In this document: in pieces, positions 57,330 to 64,000 of the stretch
Layout of the letters: every line of letters starts with the position of its first letter
How positions within the stretch are numbered: position 1 is the first letter of the stretch
Assembly (NCBI GenBank): GCA_965206595.1
Contig: OZ242214.1
Span: 1,568,001-1,632,000, forward strand
Origin: Candidatus Latescibacterota bacterium
GTDB taxonomy: Bacteria; Latescibacterota; UBA2968; UBA8231
DNA length: 64,000 nucleotides
Direction: 5' to 3'
The notes under the pieces: generated by a model
Database searches by the model: none
The model's input: only the letters and a program-made list of their open reading frames with translations
Told to the model about the DNA's origin: nothing
Program-made: the position numbers and the translations under genes

Positions 57330-58738
57330 ATGTCACAATCCACGCCGGAACTGAAGCCGCGAAAAGAGAGACTGGAGCCGGGAAGCCTGCGGGAACAGCG
57401 GCAGATCCTGGCCGACACCTGCGGGGAGCTGCTGCGGGCGGGGGACGAAGGGACCCTGCGGCTCGTGCTCAACAGCCACCACGCCGCCGACCTCGCCGAC
57501 CTGGTGCGGCGCCTCGGGAAAGAGATCCGCCCCCGAATCTTCGGCCTGCTAGGGGCCGGCCTCGCGGCGCAGACCCTGGCCGCCGCCGACGCGGCCACGG
57601 CGCGCGCCGCGGCCTCCGAGCTGCAGGAGGGGAAACTGGCGGCCATCGTGTCGCGGATGGCGCCCGACGCCGCCGCCGACCTGCTGGCGGAGCTGCCTCC
57701 GGATCTCTGCGGCCGGATGCTCGAGCAGATGGAATCCGGGCAGGCCGCCGAGATCGAAGAGCTTCTCGCCCACGCCGAGGAGTCGGGTGGTGGCATCATG
57801 ACTTCGCGACTGATCGCCGTCCGCGATTCCATCACCGTCTCCGAATCCGTTCACTACCTGCGCGAATGGGCCGGGGACGAGGAGATCCTGTCGCTGTTTG
57901 TCGTCGACGATGACGGCCGCCTGACCGGCACTCTGTCCCTGCGGCGCCTGCTTCTGGCCGAGCCGGAGACCGTCATCGAGGATCTCGTCGAGCCGGATCC
58001 GATATCGGTGCAGGTCGATGTCGATAAGGAAGAGATCGCCCGCATCTTCGCCGAGTACGATCTGCTCGCAGTGCCGGTGGTCGAGGAGGGGGGGGGGAGC
58101 TCGTCGGGCAAGTCACCGTCGACGACATCGTCGACGTGATCCGAGACGAGGCGACGGAGGACATCTACGAGATGGCGGCGATGAGCTCGGAGGAGGTCGG
58201 CGAGCGCTCGACCTTCGCGGTCATGCGGCGGCGGCTGCCCTGGCTTCTGCTGTGCCTCGCGGGCACCCTGGCCTGCGGGGCGGTGATCGATCGCTTCGAG
58301 GATCTCCTGTCCCGCCTCGGGGCGCTGATCCTGTTCGTGCCGGCGATCATGGCGATGGGGGGGAACTCGGGGATTCAGACATCCACCGTCACCGTGCGCA
58401 GCCTGGCGACAGAGGACTTCCCGCAGCGGAACCTCCTGCATGTGGTGTGGCGGGAGCTGCGCACTGCCCTCGGCATGGGGCTGGTCCTCGGGCTGCTGGT
58501 GGGAGGGGTGGCCGGGATGTGGACGGAGGCCGGGGTCGTCGCCGCCTGCGTGGGCATTGCCATGGCCGCGGCGATCATCCTGTCAGCGCTGCTGGGTGCG
58601 GTGGTGCCGCTGTTTTTTCGGGCTCTCGGAATCGATCCCGCGATTTCGTCCGGGCCGCTGATCACCACCCTCAACGATGTCCTGTCGCTGGCGATCTACT
58701 TCGCCATCGCCGCGGCGGTTCTGCCGATCTGGAACTGA
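57330..58738 (+). CDS. mgtE: Magnesium transporter MgtE, frameshifted at a G10 run (58088-58097)
   Basis: HAADLAD, M.PD.AADLL, GGIMTS, CBS pair YDLLAVPVV; then TVDDIVD, RRRLPWL, MGGNSGIQ, IDPA.SSGPLITT.ND in the next frame. Confidence 0.9.
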
Positions 58739-58959
58739 TGCCAGGCACGGCTGCGGGAACCGATCGTCCCATCATGGATCCAATTCCACCCCCCTCCATG
58801 AATCGCCGTTCGAGGTCCGGGCAATGGGCAAGTGGACTGCCGAGCTGGCTGCCCGGCCCGGGGAATGGGCCCAACCCCGTTTGCGGCCAAGGCGGGATGG
58901 GATGAATTTCTTCCTGTGATCGCCAGAGCTTTCCAGGTAGCACTATCACGGGGTGATTT

Positions 58960-60222
58960 GTGAACAGGGTCGTCAGCATCGTCCTGGGCGGGGGCCGCGG
59001 AACACGCCTGTTTCCCCTCACCAGGTTCCGCTCGAAGCCGGCCGTGCCGATCGGCAGCAAGTACCGCCTGATCGATATTCCGATCAGCAACTGCCTGCAT
59101 TCGGGTGTCGAGCGCATCTTCGTCCTCACCCAGTTCAACTCCGCCTCCCTCCACCGCCACATCAGCGCCACCTATCGCTTTGACAGCTTTTCCGACGGAT
59201 TCGTCGAAATACTGGCCGCCGAGCAGACGATGGAGAACACCAACTGGTACCAGGGCAACGCGGACGCGGTGCGCAGGCAGATCCACCGCATCATGTCGCG
59301 CAACGCAACCGAGTGCCTGATTCTCTCGGGCGACCATCTCTACCGTATGGACTACCGCGCCTTCGTCGAGGAGCACAGACAGCGGCAGGCCGACGTGACC
59401 ATCGCCGTCAAACCGGTTCCCCGCCACGCGGCCCCGGAGCTTGGAATTCTCCAGGTGGACGGGGATGGACGCGTCGTCGATTTCGTGGAGAAACCGAAGT
59501 CGGAGGCGGCCCTCGACGATCTGAGACTCCCGGAGCGCGGCGCGCAAGGGGAAGAGATGTACCTCGCCTCGATGGGCGTGTACGTGTTCGAATGCCCGGT
59601 CCTGACCAGCATGTTGATAGCCAACGACGAGGATGACTTCGGCAGGGACATCATTCCCGACGCCATCGACAAAGTCGCCGTGTTCGCCCACAGGTTCGAC
59701 GGCTACTGGCAGGACATCGGCAGCATCCGCGCCTTCTACGATGCCAACATGATGTTGACGGACCGCGAGCCGGCCTTCGAGTTCTACAAGCCCGACGCGC
59801 CGATCTACACCCACCAGCGCTACCTGGCCGGCTCCCGGATCGAGAATTGCCGCATTGACCGCAGCATCGTCGCCGAGGGCTGCCGGATCAGCGAGGCGGA
59901 AATCGAGCGCTCCGTCATCGGCGTCAGGAGCACTATCGCCCGGGGCGCGCGTTTGTACAACACCATTCTGATGGGGGCCGACTATTACGAGTCGCCGCAG
60001 GATCACGAGCGGCGCCTGTCGCGCCGGCTGCCGGCGGTTGGCATCGGCGCCGGCACGGTCATTCACCGCGCCATCGTCGACAAGAACGCCCGCATCGGGG
60101 AAAAGGTGATCATCGCCAACGAGAGCAACGTCGAACGCGCCGACGGGGAAGGGTATTACATTCGCGACGGTATCGTCGTGGTGCCGAAGGATGCCGTCGT
60201 CGCCGACGGAACCCGCGTCTAA
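58960..60222 (+). CDS. glgC: Glucose-1-phosphate adenylyltransferase
   Basis: LGGGRGTRLFPLT..RSKPAVP, LTQFNSASL, WYQGNADAVR, LSGDHLYRMDY, EKP, YWQDIG. Confidence 0.96.
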   Translation: MNRVVSIVLGGGRGTRLFPLTRFRSKPAVPIGSKYRLIDIPISNCLHSGVERIFVLTQFNSASLHRHISATYRFDSFSDGFVEILAAEQTMENTNWYQGNADAVRRQIHRIMSRNATECLILSGDHLYRMDYRAFVEEHRQRQADVTIAVKPVPRHAAPELGILQVDGDGRVVDFVEKPKSEAALDDLRLPERGAQGEEMYLASMGVYVFECPVLTSMLIANDEDDFGRDIIPDAIDKVAVFAHRFDGYWQDIGSIRAFYDANMMLTDREPAFEFYKPDAPIYTHQRYLAGSRIENCRIDRSIVAEGCRISEAEIERSVIGVRSTIARGARLYNTILMGADYYESPQDHERRLSRRLPAVGIGAGTVIHRAIVDKNARIGEKVIIANESNVERADGEGYYIRDGIVVVPKDAVVADGTRV

Positions 60223-60368
60223 TGCCCGTGCGCAGGTAGGCGTACGAAAGCGAGCGAGGACCAACTGCGTCCTTCCGCCGAGTCGCCCCGCTCGCAAGGT
60301 TCTGAGCCCGTCGTCTTGAACAGGTCGGCCAACCGAGGCAACGCCCTCCGCCGGTCAGGACACCGGAG

Positions 60369-61493
60369 TCAGATGTCGTTGACGGAGCCGTCCGCGGGGT
60401 CCCGCCGCGCCGGGCGCAGCCGCCATTCCCGCAGCCTGTGCCGCTCCAACCCCGCAGGGTCGATCTCGATCCCGAGCCCGGGTCCCTGCGGCAGCTCGAC
60501 GTACCCCTGGTCGAAAACCAGAGGGGTCTCGAAAAGCCCATCCCCGGTACCGCCGCCGAACTCGTGGATCAGCAGGTTGGGTATCGCCGCCGCGGCCTGG
60601 ATGGAGGCCGCGACTCCGACGGCGTCGGCAGCCGAGTGGGGTGCGATGGCGATGTAGTGGACCTCGGCGTAGGCGGCGATCTTCCTCATTTCCAGGATGC
60701 CGCCGCAGTGGCGGATGTCCGGCTGCAGCACCGCGGCCGCCTTCTTCTCACAGATCTCGCGAAAGCCCCACCGCGTCGTGTTGCGCTCCCCGGTAGCTAT
60801 CGGGACGGTCGTGGAGCGCGCGATCTCCAGCAGGGCGTCGACGTTCTCGGGATGCGCCGGCTCCTCGACGAACATCGGGGAGAACGGCTCGAGTTCGCGC
60901 AGCAGGAGCCGGGCCATCGCCGGGCTCACGGCGCGGTGGAAGTCGACGGCTACGTCGACTTCACTCCCGACCGCCTCGCGCACCGCGGCGACGCGGCTGA
61001 CCACCGCGGCGATCGCCGCCGGGGTGTCGATGTAGCGTACGGGGTCGGGAAAGGGAGTCAGCTTGACCGCGGTAAACCCCTCGCGAACCGCCTTCCTGGC
61101 GCTGGACGCGAACTCCTCCGGGGTGGTGCCGGCCGCCGCGGCGTAGACCCTGACGCGGTCGCGGCAGCTGCCCCCGAGCAGCCTCCAGACCGGGGTGTCG
61201 AGCGATTTCCCCAGGATGTCTAGGCAGGCCATCTCGATGCCGCTGAGGGCGGCGAGCAGGATCGGCATCTGGCGGCTGTAGCTGGAGCGGAACAGCGCCT
61301 GCCAGTGATCCTCCACCTGGCGCGGATCCCTGCCGATCAGGTAATCCCCCATGTCGTGGACGGCGCGGGCGACCGTGCGCCCGTGCTCGTAGTTCATCGG
61401 CGAGCCCAGTCCCACCAGGCCCTCGTCGGTCCGCATCTCGAGCAGCAGGCCGCGGTGCTCGATCGGGGTCACGTCCAGCCGGGTGATCTTCAC
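60369..61493 (-). CDS. dgoD: Galactonate dehydratase-like enolase superfamily enzyme
   Basis: ALSGIEMACLDI.GK...PVW.LLGG..RDRVRVY, AVDFH, FVEEP, IATGER, QPD, APH, PGLG. Confidence 0.8.
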   Translation of the reverse strand: MKITRLDVTPIEHRGLLLEMRTDEGLVGLGSPMNYEHGRTVARAVHDMGDYLIGRDPRQVEDHWQALFRSSYSRQMPILLAALSGIEMACLDILGKSLDTPVWRLLGGSCRDRVRVYAAAAGTTPEEFASSARKAVREGFTAVKLTPFPDPVRYIDTPAAIAAVVSRVAAVREAVGSEVDVAVDFHRAVSPAMARLLLRELEPFSPMFVEEPAHPENVDALLEIARSTTVPIATGERNTTRWGFREICEKKAAAVLQPDIRHCGGILEMRKIAAYAEVHYIAIAPHSAADAVGVAASIQAAAAIPNLLIHEFGGGTGDGLFETPLVFDQGYVELPQGPGLGIEIDPAGLERHRLREWRLRPARRDPADGSVNDI

Positions 61494-61554
61494 AGTTCGG
61501 GTCGAGGAAGGGGGCCCCGGAATCCGGTATTCCGAGAGCAGGCAACAGGCAGAC

Positions 61555-62304
61555 TCAAGAGGCGACCGCCTCGGCATACGCCGTTCGCGCCGCACCTTCG
61601 AGCAGCCTGAGGTCGCTGTTGAGGTCGATGAAGAGGAATCCCTCGGCGATCCGCCGCCGGGCTTCGTCCGCGCTTTTTACCGGAATTCCGCACGGCTTGC
61701 CGGCGCGCTCGCAGCCCTGCCGGAACGACTGCAGGGCTGCCTCGTGATCGGGGTGGCCCGCCTCGACCCCCATCGACAGGGCGAGATCCCCGGGGCCGAG
61801 GAAGCCGATGTCGACCCCCTCGACCGCGGCGATCGCCTCGCTGTTTTCGATCCCCTCCATGTCCTCGATCTGGGGGATGCAGAGGATCAGGTCGTCGCAG
61901 CGGTCGCGGTAGTAGGGCGACATGGTAACGCAGCGGCCAGTGCCGGAGGAGCGCAGCCCGCGCGGCGGGTAGCGCACCGAGGAGGCGAGCCGTTCCGCCT
62001 GTTCCGGGGTGCTGACGTGGGGAAAGACGATCCCCAGGGCCCCGGCATCGAGAAGGCGCCCCGCGGTGGCCGGCTCGTGGTCCCATGCCCGCGCCAGCGG
62101 CACGGCCCCGCGGGCTTCGATGGCGCGGAAGGTGTTGGTGATGGAATTGAGGTCGAAGGGGCCGTGCTCCCCATCGACGCACAGCCACGGGTACCCCGCC
62201 GCAGCCATGACTTCGGCCGCCAGGGGGGAGGCCATGTTGAGCCAGGATCCGATCGAAGGCCTGCCCGCGGCCAGGGCCTCGCATATCAGGGAAATCTCTT
62301 TCAT
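61555..62304 (-). CDS. HpcH/HpaI aldolase family protein
   Basis: VDGEHG, LDAGA.GI.FP, RYPPRG.R, QIED, GPGDLALSMG. Confidence 0.92.
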   Translation of the reverse strand: MKEISLICEALAAGRPSIGSWLNMASPLAAEVMAAAGYPWLCVDGEHGPFDLNSITNTFRAIEARGAVPLARAWDHEPATAGRLLDAGALGIVFPHVSTPEQAERLASSVRYPPRGLRSSGTGRCVTMSPYYRDRCDDLILCIPQIEDMEGIENSEAIAAVEGVDIGFLGPGDLALSMGVEAGHPDHEAALQSFRQGCERAGKPCGIPVKSADEARRRIAEGFLFIDLNSDLRLLEGAARTAYAEAVAS

Positions 62305-62341
62305 CGCAAATCGTTTGCCTTTCCGCTTGGCGGGGAGGTTT

Positions 62342-63070
62342 TCATGAGCAGACCGACTTCATCTTTTCCGCTACCCATTCGATGGCGTAGTCGGAGACCA
62401 CCCTGCCCTTGTGGGCGGTCGCCAGGTCGCGGGCTGCCCGGTAGTAGATCGGGTCCTTGTCACGGTAGTTGTCGGCCTTGATGTCGAACCGCTCGCGGTC
62501 GTAGTCGACGTCCTCCCAGTGTACGTTTTCGGGAAAGGCCGCCATTGCCATCGAGGTCTCGAACTCGGCGGCGTGGGCGGGGCAGTCCCCCGACTCGAGA
62601 TGCTCGGCGACGAACTCGGGCGGGTACGACTCCCAGTAGGAGCAGAACTCGACGTCGATACCCAGCTTCTCCCGGAACTCCTCCATGTGCTCCCGAAGCG
62701 GTCCGTTGCCGGCGTGGCCGTTGACGATGAGGATGTGCTCGATGCCGTGGCGCTTCAGGCTCTCGCAGATGTCGAAGGCGACCGCGGCGAAGGTCTCGCG
62801 GCGCAGGCTGAGGGTGCCCTTCCACTCCATCCAGTGCTCGGAAATTCCGACCGCAATCGGCGTCGCAACGACTACCGACGGATACAGCGCCAGCGCCGCC
62901 TGATGGGCGACGTACACGGCGCTCGCGGTGTCGTGCTCCATCGCGAGGTGCTCGTTGTGCTGTTCGGTGCTTCCCGTCGGCAGCAACGCCCCTCTCAGCT
63001 CCCCGGAGGCGAGGCGCTCGCGCACCTGCTTGCGGGTCAGCTTCCAGAGTCTGACTTCACCTGATTTCAC
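62342..63070 (-). CDS. Creatininase family amidohydrolase
   Basis: LPTGSTEQH..HL...HD, GISEHW....GTL, VNGHAGN, HAAEFETS. Confidence 0.9.
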   Translation of the reverse strand: MKSGEVRLWKLTRKQVRERLASGELRGALLPTGSTEQHNEHLAMEHDTASAVYVAHQAALALYPSVVVATPIAVGISEHWMEWKGTLSLRRETFAAVAFDICESLKRHGIEHILIVNGHAGNGPLREHMEEFREKLGIDVEFCSYWESYPPEFVAEHLESGDCPAHAAEFETSMAMAAFPENVHWEDVDYDRERFDIKADNYRDKDPIYYRAARDLATAHKGRVVSDYAIEWVAEKMKSVCS

Positions 63071-63282
63071 AATCGGCTCCTTTCTGGGTTCTCAATCGCC
63101 GCGGCTCCAATCGCCAATGGCCGCAAGATGCGACCCTGTCGTGGTGATCCGGCTAAAAGGGGGACAAGGTGACCGGGCGAGGGATTCCCGGCAAGCCATT
63201 CAGCGAGCGAATACAGCCCGGCATGCAGGTGGCTGAAGAAGATGCCAGGGGTGGGGCGCTGCAGGAAGGTTGGGGGGCCCTG

Positions 63283-64000
63283 TCAGCCTGCCGACTCGAT
63301 CAGTCTGTCGACCTCGGAGGTGAGACGGTCGAGGACTTCTTCGTAGGAGAAGCGCCCGATCAGCTCCGGTCCGCGCTTGAGATTCACGAAGCTCGGGGCG
63401 CACCAGAGCCCGAGATCGGCGTCGTCGGTCTCTCCGGGTCCGTTGACCCGGCAGCCCATCACGGCAATGGTGATGGAGTGGCGCTCGGCGTACGCCGTGA
63501 CCTCGCGAACCTTCAGGGCGAGATCGACGAAGGCGTTGTTCTCGACACGGGAGCAGGAAGGGCAGGAGATGATGTTCATCCCCTCGGGCCGGAATTCCGG
63601 AACGGAGCGGAAGCGGCCGTTGGCGATGTCGTCGAGGATCTGCCTGCCGACGCGGATCTCCTCACCCTTATCGTCGAAGGGCAGCGTCAGGGAAACGCGA
63701 ACCGTGTCCCCGATGCCCCGGGAGATCAGCTGCTCGAAAGCGATGCGGGTCTTGATGACGCCCTCTGGGGGCATGCCGGCCTCGGTGACCCCGAGGTGGA
63801 GGGGCACGTCGGGGCGCTGGGCAGCGAACCGCTTGTTTGCTTCGATGACCTTGTTGGGATCGGAATCCTTCAGCGACACGCAGTAGCGGGTGAAACCGAA
63901 GCCGTCGAGCATCTCGCAGTGCTCGAAGGCGGAGGCGAGCATCGGCGAGATCGAATCCTCCGGGTCGAAGCGGGCGACCTGCTCCGGGTCGACGGAGCCG
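63283..64000 (-). CDS. ispG: (E)-4-hydroxy-3-methylbut-2-enyl-diphosphate synthase, C-terminal part (truncated by window edge)
   Basis: [52 protein letters not shown]. Confidence 0.95.
   Translation of the reverse strand, partial: GSVDPEQVARFDPEDSISPMLASAFEHCEMLDGFGFTRYCVSLKDSDPNKVIEANKRFAAQRPDVPLHLGVTEAGMPPEGVIKTRIAFEQLISRGIGDTVRVSLTLPFDDKGEEIRVGRQILDDIANGRFRSVPEFRPEGMNIISCPSCSRVENNAFVDLALKVREVTAYAERHSITIAVMGCRVNGPGETDDADLGLWCAPSFVNLKRGPELIGRFSYEEVLDRLTSEVDRLIESAG

Noticed and set aside
60223-60368. Hammerhead-like ribozyme in the glgC-dgoD gap
   Set aside because: GAAA and stems are present, but the CTGANGA core is not.
220-63886. Many long antisense or alternate-frame ORFs (e.g. 10887-12596, 19690-21552, 38740-41052, 48187-50517)
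   Set aside because: Shadow ORFs of recognisable genes, Arg/Pro/Gly-rich and without motifs, as expected at high GC.
1-64000. CRISPR array, tRNA, rRNA, prophage or canonical defence system
   Set aside because: No spaced direct repeats, cloverleafs, rRNA signatures, cas genes, integrase or phage structural genes were recognised by eye.

Overview
High-GC (roughly two-thirds G+C by eye) bacterial chromosomal window. Gene content (Omp85/PD40/PQQ envelope proteins, many sugar-acid enzymes, yicC-coaBC-udg-dnaB synteny) suggests an uncultured diderm of the FCB group such as Latescibacterota or Gemmatimonadota; this is inference only. About 53 genes were recognised from motifs. Core genes: recG, ssb, polX, dapF-like, yicC, cmk, coaBC, udg, dnaB, dcd, pepA, serC, trpBA, glgC, mgtE, ispG. 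Accessory genes encode catabolic and envelope functions. There is one intact IS630 and one IS630 remnant, both at CTAG sites that coincide with stop codons. I saw no rRNA, tRNA or CRISPR array. Four genes (an enolase-family gene, coaBC, glgP, mgtE) are frameshifted, mostly by 1-nt indels in G/C runs, so assembly error is likely. Best leads: (1) a translationally coupled nucleosidase-like / spore-photoproduct-lyase-like radical SAM / SDR operon; (2) a divergent DapF homologue with both catalytic Cys replaced by Ser; (3) a small HTH gene plus ssb behind a near-consensus sigma70 promoter overlapped by a palindromic, Fibrobacter-LexA-like operator; (4) an RNase II paralogue that looks catalytically dead; (5) a gluzincin-propeller-Omp85 fusion with partner lipoproteins; (6) an archaeal-type cytidylate kinase in the usual gmk position. 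All product calls come from motif recognition, with no database search.
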